Of a DNA stretch of 64,000 nucleotides, positions 1-12,405 are shown one piece after another. The number at the start of each line of letters is the position of its first letter. Position 1 is the stretch's first letter. Position numbers and translations under genes: made by a program. The stretch covers positions 73,346,001 to 73,410,000 of the forward strand of contig OZ024741.1 of the NCBI GenBank assembly GCA_964016885.1. The letters are read 5' to 3'. The notes beneath the pieces were generated by a model. It had not been told where the DNA came from. It worked only from the letters and a program-made list of their open reading frames with translations, and made no database searches. The stretch is from Eledone cirrhosa. Lineage: Eukaryota.

Positions 1-96
1 GGCTCTGCACATGCATAATATAAAAATTACACACATACAAAACTCTGAAAATATCATTATTAGGCATACATCATGTATCCCAGATATTCGCGAATG

Positions 97-420
97 GACC
101 CCCGTCGGTTTCGACGATGAATGTTCCTGTATTTCTATCAACACAATAACTTGTTTCTGAATTAACGTATAAATGACTGAGCATTCCACAGATACGAGTT
201 CCTTTTACGCAATTCTCATGGTGATTCAGCGTGACAGTGGGGGAGAAGGCTGACCTTATTGAATTGTAGGTACAGTCCAACCGATGAGCTTCAAACTGTT
301 TCTATCAACCGAATTTCACTCACACAGCATAGGTTGACACGGGGTTATGCTAAATGACCCTTGCCCAAGATGCCATTCAGTGAGATTAAACTCGAGAATT
401 ATTGCTTGCTAAACTACCAC
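97..420 (-). mobile_element. Degenerate tRNA-derived SINE (family B)
   Basis: Minus strand shares TGTCACGCTGAATC...TGCTCAG.CA.TT..ACGTTAATT with copies at ~9130-9450 and ~24010-24308; explains the 71..280 ORF as non-coding. Confidence 0.6.
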
Positions 421-472
421 ACTTTAGAATGCATAAACATAATATGGAAGGTTCTTACTGGGATATTTGCGG

Positions 473-2763
473 GGAAGGAATACAACCAAAGGAACAAAAA
501 GGAAGGAATACAACCAAGGGAACAAAAAGGAAGGAATACAACCAAGGGAACAAAAAGGAAGGAATATAACCAAGGGAACAAAAAGGAAGGAATATAACCA
601 AGGGAACAAAAAGGAAGGAATACAACCAAGGGAACAAAAAGGAAGGAATACAACCAAGGGAACAAAAAGGAAGGAATATAACCAAGGGAACAAAAAGGAA
701 GGAATACAACCAAGGGAACAAAAAGGAAGGAATATAACCAAGGGAACAATAAGGAAGGAATACAACCAAGGGAACAAAAATGAAGGAATACAACCAAGGG
801 AACAAAAAGGAAGGAATATAACCAAGGGAACAAAAAGGAAGGAATATAACCAAGGGAACAAAAAGGAAGGAATACAACCAAGGGAACAAAAAGGAAGGAA
901 TACAACCAAAGGAACAAAAAGGAAGGAATATAACCAAGGGAACAAAAAGGAAGGAATACAACCAAAGGAACAAAAAGGAAGGAATATAACCAAGGGAACA
1001 AAAAGGAAGGAATACAACCAAGGGAACAAAAAGGAAGGAATACAACCAAGGGAACAAAAAGGAAGGAATACAACCAAGGGAACAAAAAGGAAGGAATATA
1101 ACCATAGGAACAAAAAGGAAGGAATACAACCAAGGGAACAAAAAGGAAGGAATACAACCAAAGGAACAAAAAGGAAGGAATATAACCAAGGGAACAAAAA
1201 GGAAGGAATACAACCAAGGGAACAAAAAGGAAGGAATACAACCAAGGGAACAAAAAGGAAGGAATACAACCAAGGAAACAAAAAGGAAGGAATATAACCA
1301 AGGGAACAAAAAGGAAGGAATACAACCAAGGGAACAAAAAGGAAGGAATATAACCAAGGGAACAAAAAGGAAGGAATACAACCAAGGGAACAAAAAGGAA
1401 GGAATACAACCAAAGGAACAAAAAGGAAGGAATACAACCAAGTGAACAAAAAGGAAGGAATACAACCAAAGGAACAAAAAGGAAGGAATACAACCAAAGG
1501 AACAAAAAGGAAGGAATATAACCAAGGGAACAAAAAGGAAGGAATACAACCATAGGAACAAAAAGGAAGTAATACAACCAAGGGAACAAAAAGGAAGGAA
1601 TACAACCAAAGGAACAAAAAGGAAGGAATATAACCAAGGGAACAAAAAGGAAGGAATACAACCAAGGGAACAAAAAGGAAGGAATACAACCAAGGGAACA
1701 AAAAGGAAGGAATACAACCAAGGGAACAAAAAGGAAGGAATATAACCATAGGAACAAAAAGGAAGGAATACAACCAAGGGAACAAAAAGGAAGGAATACA
1801 ACCAAAGGAACAAAAAGGAAGGAATATAACCAAGGGAACAAAAAGGAAGGAATACAACCAAGGGAACAAAAAGGAAGGAATACAACCAAGGGAACAAAAA
1901 GGAAGGAATACAACCAAGGGAACAAAAAGGAAGGAATACAACCAAGGGAACAAAAAGGAAGGAATATAACCATAGGAACAAAAAGGAAGGAATACAACCA
2001 AGGGAACAAAAAGGAAGGAATACAACCAAAGGAACAAAAAGGAAGGAATATAACCAAGGGAACAAAAAAGGAAGGAATACAACCAAGGGAACAAAAAGGA
2101 AGGAATACAACCAAGGGAACAAAAAGGAAGGAATACAACCAAGGAAACAAAAAGGAAGGAATATAACCAAGGGAACAAAAAGGAAGGAATACAACCAAGG
2201 GAACAAAAAGGAAGGAATATAACCAAGGGAACAAAAAGGAAGGAATACAACCAAGGGAACAAAAAGGAAGGAATACAACCAAAGGAACAAAAAGGAAGGA
2301 ATACAACCAAGTGAACAAAAAGGAAGGAATACAACCAAAGGAACAAAAAGGAAGGAATACAACCAAAGGAACAAAAAGGAAGGAATATAACCAAGGGAAC
2401 AAAAAGGAAGGAATACAACCATAGGAACAAAAAGGAAGTAATACAACCAAGGGAACAAAAAGGAAGGAATACAACCAAAGGAACAAAAAGGAAGGAATAT
2501 AACCAAGGGAACAAAAAGGAAGGAATACAACCAAGGGAACAAAAAGGAAGGAATACAACCAAGGGAACAAAAAGGAAGGAATATAACCATAGGAACAAAA
2601 AGGAAGGAATACAACCAAGGGAACAAAAAGGAAGGAATACAACCAAAGGAACAAAAAGGAAGGAATATAACCAAGGGAACAAAAAGGAAGGAATACAACC
2701 AAGGGAACAAAAAAGAAGGAATACAACCAAGGGAACAAAAAGGAAGGAATACAACCAAAGGAC
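473..2763. repeat. 28-bp minisatellite, about 82 copies of GGAAGGAATAYAACCAARGGAACAAAAA
   Basis: Tandem periodicity is directly visible; it produces the spurious 780-816 aa minus-strand ORFs. Confidence 0.97.
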
Positions 2764-3227
2764 AAATGATATCAAAGATAAAACGCCATCTTGGACATGG
2801 CTTAAGCAAGGCGATTTGAAACGGACCGCCGAAAGCCTTTTAATTGCAGCGCAAGACCATGTTCCTGCTACCAATTCGATGAAATAATACGTCTACAACG
2901 CTTCTAACACCCAGAAATGCTGGCATTGTGGAAAGAATGGGGAAAATGTGACCCACTTGTGGATGTGAGAAACTTGTGCAAAAACAAGTGCTGCCATGAT
3001 AAAGTCTGTTTATACCTTCATTGGCTTTTGTGTCGTAAATAACATAAAGAATTAGTATGGGCATGCGTCTTGTAAAGTAATGCAGGAGGATGGGATAGCA
3101 ACGACATTCTGGGATTATGATTTTTCCAACTGAGTGTCATTGAGCATCGCTGATTGGACATTGACATATTTAACAAGATAAACAGATACTGTCAGATCAT
3201 AGATGTAGCCATACCAAATGACACGGA

Positions 3228-3417
3228 AATTGTTTCTACTTTTGGCAAAAAGCCTGAAATTATCTCAGTGTATTGCTCGTACTTTATTTTATCGACCCCG
3301 TAAGGATGAAACGCAAAGTTAACCTCAGCGGGATTTGAACTCAGAACAAAGGTTCATAATTCTATGCTGCAAAGCATGGTGTCTGATGCTCTACCGATAC
3401 TGCCAATCCACCGTCCT
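3228..3417 (-). mobile_element. tRNA-derived SINE (family A) inserted in the LINE relic
   Basis: B-box-like GAGTTCAAATCC on the minus strand; flanked by TGACACG at 3219-3225 and 3418-3424 (TSD). Confidence 0.85.
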
Positions 3418-3756
3418 TGACACGAACATTGTGAGTAAGGAGATTGAAAAAATTCAGCAAATACTCTGAATCGAAAGTGGAGCTGGCAAAACTATTTAGA
3501 TGAGAAAAGGGGAATGTGAAAGTGATACCAGTTGTGATCGGGGCATTAAGTCCCATTGAAACTTCTTAATGCGACTGGGAATACCATAGAGTTTGGTTGT
3601 CATACAAATGGCGGCTTTGCTAGGTACTGCGCACATTTTGAGGAAAAATATTATCTGTCTGAGGGCCTTGTTGCGACTTGGCAGCTGACTAAATACCCAT
3701 CTGCACCGCGAGACAGGGAAACATTATCATGTTATTATTATTAATAATCATAATAA

Positions 3757-3992
3757 GGGCGGTGGATTGGCAGTATCGGTAGAGCATCAGACACCATGCT
3801 TTGCAGCACAGAGTTATGGTCCTTTGCGTTCTGAGTTCAAATCCCGCCGAGGTTAACTTTGCCTTTCATCCTTACGGGGTCGATAAAATAAAGTACCAGT
3901 AACGTACTGGAGTCAATTTAATCGACTTTCCCCTCCCCCCCCCCCCCCAAATTACTGGCTTTGTGCCTATACTAGAAATCATTATTATTATT
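3757..3992 (+). mobile_element. tRNA-derived SINE (family A), full length
   Basis: GGGCGGTGGATTGGCAGTATCGG head, GAGTTCAAATCC B-box, shared body and (ATT)n tail; more than 10 copies in the window. Confidence 0.9.
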
Positions 3993-4260
3993 AATGATGA
4001 TGATTATGATGATATTAATAATAATAAAGTATGCATTATAAATGTTAATTCAAACAGGAACTGTGAAAATTACAAGTAATATTAATACAACATTCCCGAT
4101 ATTTGCTATTTCTCGGTTAAATAGAAAAAAAAAAGCAAAACAAAACAATAACAAAGTTAAAACAGTCTCCTGTATTATTAAGTTGAATTAATAAAACAAT
4201 CTATATTAATAATATAAATAATTAATGCAATAAATGGCTATTTTTCAATAAGCAATATTC

Positions 4261-4360
4261 GCTTCCGCTTACATGACGTTAGCGGCCATGTTCTTAATGT
4301 TGAAAGGAAAGAAACAGATTAATGTACCCGCCTTTTACTAAAGATTTACACTTCCGGATG
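4261..4360 (-). promoter_or_regulatory. Candidate Pol II core promoter and first exon of a gene running left out of the window
   Basis: ETS-type CCGGAAGTG (4349-4357), YY1/Kozak-like AACATGGCCGC (4282-4292) and a local CpG cluster in non-repetitive AT-rich DNA. Confidence 0.4.
4273..4289 (-). CDS. Candidate first coding micro-exon (MAANV...), product unknown
   Basis: AAC ATG GCC GCT AAC GTC AT followed directly by a GTAAGC splice donor; no homology evidence. Confidence 0.35.
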
Positions 4361-4688
4361 GAAAATTTTTTATTGTGGTGAAAATTGAAATGTGATACGC
4401 CACATTCACACGCAATATGTGTGTGTGTATATATGTATATATATATGTATATATATGCATATATATGTATATATATGCATATATATGTATGAATGTTTAT
4501 TCATGCATATATATATATGTATGTATATCGCTTGTGTGTGGCGTGAATGCGTGTGCATATGTGTGGAATAAAGTGAAAAAGTAAATAGAATATGTAAACA
4601 CACGCTCAGACATACACCATCATACATCAGTGAGCATAATATTTGAAATGAAATTCTATTGCCTATTCAGTCAACAATTAAGTTAATG

Positions 4689-4782
<94 letters not shown>

Positions 4783-4824
4783 GCAATGGAAAGGCAGTGG
4801 CGATACAGCTTGGCAGCAATGACG

Positions 4825-4952
4825 TCGCTGTGTGAACTGGAGCAATATGAAACAAAGTGTTTTGCTCAAGAACACAACGCACCACCCGGTCCTGGATTCG
4901 AACTCAGAAACGGACGATTCAGAGCTCAACGCTCTAATCACTATGGCCACGC
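4825..4952 (-). mobile_element. tRNA-like SINE head
   Basis: Minus strand has A-box-like TGGCCATAGTG and B-box GTTCGAATCC, then CTTGAGCAA.ACACTTT as in 24070-24110. Confidence 0.65.
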
Positions 4953-5062
4953 ACTTCCACGATATCTATAACTACCGTGATATCCTACTCTGCTATATGA
5001 GAGCATCGAGTGCTCAAACGGCCTACCGCATACGGACGCTTTAAGCATCCAACACGAATATT

Positions 5063-5452
5063 AATAATTGTTTCTATTTTAGGCACAAGGCCAGCAATTA
5101 TCCAGTACATTACTGGTACTTTATTTTATCGACCCCGTAAGGATGAAAGGCAAAGTAACCTAGGCGGGATTTGAACTCATATCGTAAAGAGGCGTAACTA
5201 TATTGGAAAGCATGGCGTCCGACCCTCCACCGATACTGCCAATCCACCGCCATAACACGAATATTAATAATTGCTTCTAGTTTTGGCACAAGGCCAGCAA
5301 TTACCTAGTGCATTACTGGTACTGTATTTTATCGACCCCGTAAGGATGAAAGGCAAAGTTAACCTCGGCGGGATTTGAACTCAGAATGGCAAAGGCCGTA
5401 AGTCTATGCGTCAAAATATGGCGTCCGACTCTCTACCGATACTGCCAATCCA
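5063..5452 (-). mobile_element. Two tandem SINE-A copies (5063-5251, 5266-5452)
   Basis: Match to 3757-3992; AACACGAATATTAATAA duplicated at ~5051 and ~5255. Confidence 0.9.
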
Positions 5453-5796
5453 TCAAGAGGTATACAGTCCTGGTGAAAAGTAATGACCCAGAAACATGTT
5501 GATTGTTCCTCAATGCCAGTGTTTAACAAACGGATGACGATTGGTCATCGGCACGGCATAGCTGTTATCGAGCCGTTTGTTTACAAACGAATCGAATATT
5601 ATTATTAATGTTTCATACAACCCATGCATACATATGTATATGTATATAGGTGTGTATATACATATATATATATATTGGGGGTGGGGTATGTATCTGTGTT
5701 TACGTGTGCATACTTACATTTATGTATCAGCCGTACTAGGGCTAGAAATTAAATTCTAATTTATAACGAGTTGTGTAATCTCTCTTAGTCAATGAA

Positions 5797-5957
5797 ATAA
5801 TGGTTTCTACTATAGGTACAAGGCCAGCAATTTTGGGGTAGGGAAAAGTCGATTAAATAAACCCCCAATGTATTACTGGTGCTTTATTTTATGGACCCCG
5901 TAAGGATGAAAGGCAAATCTAACCTCCGCGGGATTTGAACTCAGAACGTGAAGGGCC
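5797..5957 (-). mobile_element. 5'-truncated SINE-A
   Basis: Same body and B-box as the other copies. Confidence 0.85.
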
Positions 5958-6527
5958 ATGTGCCGGCGCCATTTATGACAAAAGAATATTCAATCATGCT
6001 TCACCAAGCTGCCGTCTGAATTAATTTATATCATAAAAGTGCAACCGATTATATTGAACTATTCTCTTCAATACGTATTGAGAACCAGTTTTGCTTATTC
6101 GTGACTTACATGTGAAGGGCTTCCACAAGGTTCTAGTTGACGATTTTAACTCACAACACTCGAGTCGATCTGAAATTATGACAGAAGAAACATGTGACAA
6201 ATGTGACGCGTTGTGGGATCGAGCTCGTTCACATGATTGCGAAACTATTCATTTAACCATTCGACCATGCTTGGTACTTATTTTAAATATTGTTGTTCTT
6301 TAGCCCAACATCATCTCCCAGCTTTCTAATTGCAACCATCCCGACTATGTAGGCATATCTCCAACTACATTAGGTAATCTGTGGTTTTTTCATTATTAAG
6401 ATGGTATGGTATTGTATAATTCCAGATAGATTTGGCAGATAAACCTTGCAGGTCGTATTATAGAGTAGAGGCTCTTCTGTTACCTGCTGCTGCTTCATTT
6501 TTAGTTGTATTTTTTTTTATATTACAG

Positions 6528-6711
6528 GGTAATGATAATGGCACCAATATTCCAGATGTGTTTGGACAAAGGCAGAGTACAAAAGGATTACATCATCAGA
6601 GATTCTTTACCAGAATATTCAGAATATCCAGAGGGGCTGGACATTTTCTTATCAGTATATCAATTTTGTAATGAATGTGGGCTTTCCAATCAAGATTTTC
6701 ATCAAAGATAA
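6528..6711 (+). CDS. Possible terminal coding exon, product unknown
   Basis: Pyrimidine-rich acceptor TTTTTTTATATTACAG then about 60 open codons of complex sequence; no recognisable domain. Confidence 0.15.
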
Positions 6712-7112
6712 TTCGACCAACAACGACTCTAAAGTTATCTTAAGGACAAGAGGGATTGTCCAAAGGCTTGAGAGATATGTGTGTGTGTGTGTGTGTATGT
6801 TGGTGCCTGTGTAGTACATGTATGTATGTCCGTATATGATGGCTGTGTATGTGAGTGGCACGTATGTTGGTGTGTGTGTCTATGTGTGTGCTTCCGAGTG
6901 TCATACGTATGTAGTATGTGTGTGTGTATAGGTGAGTTGTTATTATCACGATCTTCAATATCAACGTTGGAGTAGTAATTCAAACATTCGCGTTCCCTTT
7001 CATGTAGTCTCTCTCAGACAATTAGCTTGCAGGACATTTGACAGAGGGGGGGACACACACAAACACAGGCCTATACAACCTCTTCCCCACCTATTATGTA
7101 TGTGTATATATA

Positions 7113-7147
<35 letters not shown>

Positions 7148-7202
7148 CATATATATATACATATATATATACATATATATATACATATACACACACACAC
7201 AC

Positions 7203-7240
<38 letters not shown>

Positions 7241-7257
7241 ATGTATATATATGTTTG

Positions 7258-7290
<33 letters not shown>

Positions 7291-7463
7291 GTACACATTC
7301 AGGATCACACACACACATACACATATATATATATACATATATATATTTATATGCACATATAACTGTGTATATATATATATAAATATATATGCATATATGT
7401 GTGCATATATTTATATTATATCTATCTATCTATATCTATATCTATATCTATCTAACTATATAA

Positions 7464-7567
<104 letters not shown>

Positions 7568-8224
7568 GTGTATGTCTATGTATTTATGTATATATGTGAC
7601 TGTACATATGTGGGAATTTGTGTGCATACATCTGTACGCTTGTACGTTCTAAATCCGAATCAGTATCCGAATTATAAATGTAGTTAGCTGTGTGGTCGTA
7701 CGCTATGTATATTATTATCATTCAGTGGCACAAAATATCAGCCATATTTCCTTCATGGAAGTAATCAGTAAGGTTGATGTCGACAGTAGAGATGGTGTTT
7801 TAATGCATTTTCAAATATTACCTCGTACGCCAGCAATTTCTTAAAGGTTAATTCTCCTTCTTTCTTCCTTCTCCTCCTTTCTTCCTTCTCCTCTCACTAC
7901 AACACACCTCCTACCTCATACAGATTCCCTTTAATCTCCTTAAAATTCATGCTACATTTATCAGCAACATTTCAATTTTCCTTAGAACTTTTCAGGAAGG
8001 GAAATTATCATAGTTTCCGATTTTATTCCACTTCCCACTGGATTTTTTGCTTGTTTATTTGTTTGTTTGTTTATATTTCTTTGTTTTAGTTTAAATTATT
8101 ATTATTGAAATTATTATTATTATTATTATCATCATCATCATCGCTTATAGTAGAAATCATTATTATTATTATTGGTCATTTGTAACTACAAAAGCAGACA
8201 AGTTGGCAGATTCACGAAGCACAA

Positions 8225-8276
<52 letters not shown>

Positions 8277-8589
8277 CCTGCTGCTAATACTACAACAGCT
8301 TCCCCTATCTGCTATATGTCTTTCGCTTCTGTGTCTTGAACAACACATAAGCTTAGTTTAGCTCTATGGGTCTGTTTATGTTATGACACCCACCACCACT
8401 ACCACATTTTTTCTTGTCATCTCCACATTTACCCCCCCCCCCCATGCTGCAATACAAAGGTGGGAACAAATGAAGGGTCGACATCAAAGACGATGTTCCT
8501 CGCCGTCATCTTTGTGTTTCTCAAATATTTGTATCCCATATAAGTACGAAAGTCAGAGTGAATGAGTGCTTCATAATTTCAGCTTCTCT

Positions 8590-8808
8590 TTAACTCTGTT
8601 GATACCAACGCACCGAAAACCATCTTTACTTCTACGAAACAGAACCACTCATTTTAAACAATTTAATTTAAAATAAAATCCTCCGACTATGCTAAGCTTT
8701 TATCTTAGTAATGAAATAATTAATGATTTTAGTAAAGCTCTCATATTTGTTCAAGAATTAATCGAAATAGGATGTCTTTCATTAGAAATGTGGTTACGAA
8801 AACGTTAA
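8590..8808. mobile_element. Degenerate MITE-like element with TTAA ends
   Basis: TTAACTCTGTTGATACCA ... TGGTTACGAAAACGTTAA imperfect terminal inverted repeats. Confidence 0.3.
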
Positions 8809-9129
8809 ACTGCTCCTTCAGTTCTAAATACTAGGTAAACACTTGTAAATGCTTTCCCTCCTGGACCGACGATTATTTTACCTCCATCTGTTCGAAAGGT
8901 AGCTGGAAGGCTCCGCACAATTTAAAAAAATAAAATTAAATCTTAACTAAACCAATTCTTAAACGTATTCATCGACTCTAAAGAACCACTGCCGTTCCAT
9001 ATAATCTTGACAATATAGTATTTTGCCAAAATTAAGTTAAGTATTTCTTTCAAGCTAGTTACAGAAACAGAAGTATTGTATAACTTATTTGGCGGTTGTG
9101 TTATTGCTGCAGTTGTTATTACTAGTAAT

Positions 9130-9450
9130 GTTATCGCGTAGACGCAGCATTAGATCCCAGGTTCAATCACCCTACATGGAATCTTGGGTAAGTATGATTT
9201 ACTAGGGCCTCGGATTGACGCATATCTCGTGAGTGAAATTGGGTAGACAGAAACTGTTTGGAAGCCCGTCGGAAAGACTTTATCTGTGCAATTCAAACGG
9301 CCAAACTAGTCATACACTGTGCCACTTTGTATCACGCCGAGAATCAAGTTAAGGGTTGACATGTCTGTGGAATGCTCAGCCAATTACAGTTAATTTCATG
9401 AACAGACTGTACTGTTGAGTGAACAACGGGAATATTCCAATGCTATCGTT
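9130..9450 (+). mobile_element. Degenerate SINE family B
   Basis: GGTTCAATC B-box remnant and TGTCTGTGGAATGCTCAGCCA body shared with 97-420 and 24010-24308. Confidence 0.55.
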
Positions 9451-9467
9451 AACACTCTGGGTTTCAG

Positions 9468-9836
9468 TAATAATTGTTTCTACTTTAAGCACAAGGCCAG
9501 CAATTACTCAGTACATTACTGGTACTTTATTTTATCCACTCCGTAAGGATGAAAGGCAAAGTTAACCTCGGCGGGATTTGAACTCAGACTGTAAAGGGGC
9601 GTAACTATGCTAGAAAGCATGGCGTCCAACCCTCTATCGATACTGCCAATTAGTAATAATGGTTTCAGATTTAGGCACAAGGCCAACAATTTAAAGGGGA
9701 AGGGGAAAGTCGATTAAATCGACGCCAGTGCGTTATTTGTACTTTATTTCATCAACCCTGTAAGGATGAAAGGCAAAGTTAACCTCAGCGGGATTTGAAC
9801 TCAGAACTCTATGCTGTGAAGCATGTTGTCCGACGC
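9468..9836 (-). mobile_element. Two tandem SINE-A copies
   Basis: Two consecutive matches to SINE-A, each beginning at AGTAATAAT. Confidence 0.88.
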
Positions 9837-10382
9837 TTATTAATAGTCTCTATACATAGTTCTCCTTATTCCTTATTCATGTATATTAGTTCCTTTTTGT
9901 TTCATCTTATTTATTCATTTTTTTGTTGTTGCTGTTGTAAATCTTCTTTCATTGATAATTAACTGGGGACATTTACATTTGTTGTCGTTTGAAACGCCAT
10001 TTTGATACATGTCAACAAAATACGGAAAAAAAGTATTTATACGGTGAAATGATAGGACAAAGCTAGTAAAAAAATTCAGTTTCATATTTGTAGAAAGGAG
10101 GAAACACTTCCAATAAAATGGGGTGTGGTAAGTTTCCAGTCCCTTCACACCCCCTTCGAAAAAATGTCGATATCGCGTGGGCGAAATACCCGATGTCAGT
10201 AAAAAATAATAATAGTAACAACAATCATTACAACAACAATAACAGCAACTACAACAACAGTAATGACAATAGTGACAATGACAACAGCTACAACCACATC
10301 AACAACCACAATAACCATATACTGTACCGGAAAGAGAGAGATAGAGTGAAAATGGAAAGGAAGAGGAGGAGAGAGAGAGAGA

Positions 10383-10485
<103 letters not shown>

Positions 10486-10917
10486 AGAGTGGAAATTAAA
10501 TAGTTGACGATGACAGAAGTGAAGAAAATAATTTGATTGTTGGAGGGTAGAGAATGAACTGTAGAGAGAGGAAAGGTATATGAGTGAAGAAGAAGAAGAA
10601 GAAGAAGAAGAAGAAGAAGAAGAAGAAGAAGAAGAAGAAGAAGAAGAAGAATTCAAGGATATAATGGATTTCGGCAAAATGTTTGAACATTTTCAAGAAT
10701 TTAACGTATTTGATGAATTTAAAGAATTTTAAAATTGTGAAGAATATGAAACATTTTAAGAAATGGAAAAGGAAGAATTTGTACTGAGTTGAGATATTTC
10801 TTTCAGACTGTGTAAATGTATATATGCGTATGTTAGACGTACATATACACCTTTTATTTCACGAAAAAAAAAATTATTTACATAGGCACAGACACACGCG
10901 CGCGCACATACGCACAC

Positions 10918-10953
<36 letters not shown>

Positions 10954-11016
10954 CTAAAGACATATTTCCCAATTCCAACGCGCCCGTCCCCTCAATCTAT
11001 CATATTTCTCATTCTT

Positions 11017-11052
11017 TCTTCTGACGAAGGACTAGCGTCCGAAACGTTAAGA
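11017..11052 (+). ncRNA. Minimal type I hammerhead ribozyme
   Basis: UCUU-CUGACGA-A-GGAC(UAGC)GUCC-GAAAC-GUU^AAGA: stems I and II pair; stem III is the palindrome ACGU. Confidence 0.75.
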
Positions 11053-11142
11053 GCAACTACCTGGTATATCAAGCGTTAACATAATATATCCCTTCCATAT
11101 ACTGTACCGATTGTGTTGTTATTTCTTTTACCTTTTACATAC

Positions 11143-11248
<106 letters not shown>

Positions 11249-11373
11249 GTGTGCGTGTGTGTGCGTGTGTGTGTGTGCATGTGTGTGTGAAAGGTAAACA
11301 GAAATAACAACACAATCGGTACAGTATATGGAAGGAACATATAAGGTTAACGATTGAAATAGCAAGAAGAGGG

Positions 11374-11409
11374 TCTTAACGTTTCGGACGCTAGTCCTTC
11401 ATCAGAAGA
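11374..11409 (-). ncRNA. Minimal type I hammerhead ribozyme
   Basis: UCUU-CUGAUGA-A-GGAC(UAGC)GUCC-GAAAC-GUU^AAGA. Confidence 0.8.
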
Positions 11410-11433
11410 ATAAGATAGATTGAAGGGACGGGC

Positions 11434-11491
<58 letters not shown>

Positions 11492-11684
11492 TACACACAT
11501 ACACGTATATATATGTGTGTGTGTGAGAGAGAGATAGAGAGTGATTGTGAGTGTGTATGTGTACGTGTGCAGTGTATATAACATGTATATGTGTCCAGGT
11601 TAAAGAGTAAGTGTAAATATATATAAACAGTAAAGATTTTCGCATGTATGTATAAACCCATACACCTTTCACATACATACATAC

Positions 11685-12195
11685 ATGGTGGCTGCCAACT
11701 CGTTTTCGAGTACGGCCACTACTTTATATCCATGTAGGAGAACCCCTACCGATGCGCTGAACGAGTGTGACTTTTTAGTCCAGCCAGCGACTTGAAAACG
11801 CTGGTACAAACATTACACTTGCGACAATTATTGACACATAGTGCTGGGCCCATGGTACCATGTGACAACAAGTGCAGAGAGATCTCCAGATATAAAGCAA
11901 TGCCTGTGCCGTGAAGCTTTTATAGTGAGCAAAGGCACTGCACAAAGTCAGTCGCACTCTCTTAACCAAGATGATATTTACCAAAAAGAAGAACAAGTCA
12001 ACATCATTGGATACCATCAGGGTTGCAGGTGTTATATCAGAGTTTTCCTTCTCCTAGAATTCTGCCTTGACAAAGGCTAAGGGGTCATCTCTCCCGGTGA
12101 TTTTGGATGGCCATTGACTCTTAAGAGCTCCTTTGCCCTTTGACAGGTTTTATTTTTAGTCCTGTAGGATGTCCAAAGTCACCCTCCTCACCAAG
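11685..12195 (-). mobile_element. Bipartite RTE-derived non-autonomous element (5'-truncated)
   Basis: Close copy of 20375-20970 and 21440-22026; its 3' part equals the RTE tail at 23780-23960; (GTAT)n tail. Confidence 0.8.
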
Positions 12196-12292
12196 ATACA
12201 TACATACACAAATACATACATACATAAACAGATACATACATACATACATATATACATAAATAAATACATACATACATACATACATACATACA

Positions 12293-12326
<34 letters not shown>

Positions 12327-12405
12327 CATACATAAATACATACATACATACATACATACATACATACATACATACATACATACATACATACATACATACA
12401 TACAT

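Larger units (their letters stand above)
425..3750 (+). pseudogene. Decayed 3' part of an RLE-type (R4/Dong-like) non-LTR retrotransposon, split by a minisatellite and a SINE
   Basis: Frameshifted translation from ~2765: SWTWLKQGDLKRTAESLLIAAQD, CWHC..ENVTH (CCHC-like), HD, FWDYD, CQIIDVAIPND, VKVIPVVIGAL, AALLGTAHILRK; ends in a (TTA/TAA)n tail. Confidence 0.8.

Noticed and set aside
473-2763. CRISPR-like array
   Set aside because: The repeats are contiguous with no unique spacers, and the context is eukaryotic.
414-2874. Three 780-816 aa hydrophobic ORFs
   Set aside because: They are translations of the 28-bp repeat, open in all three minus frames.
4880-4952. tRNA gene
   Set aside because: It has A and B boxes but continues into a SINE body and lacks a convincing cloverleaf.
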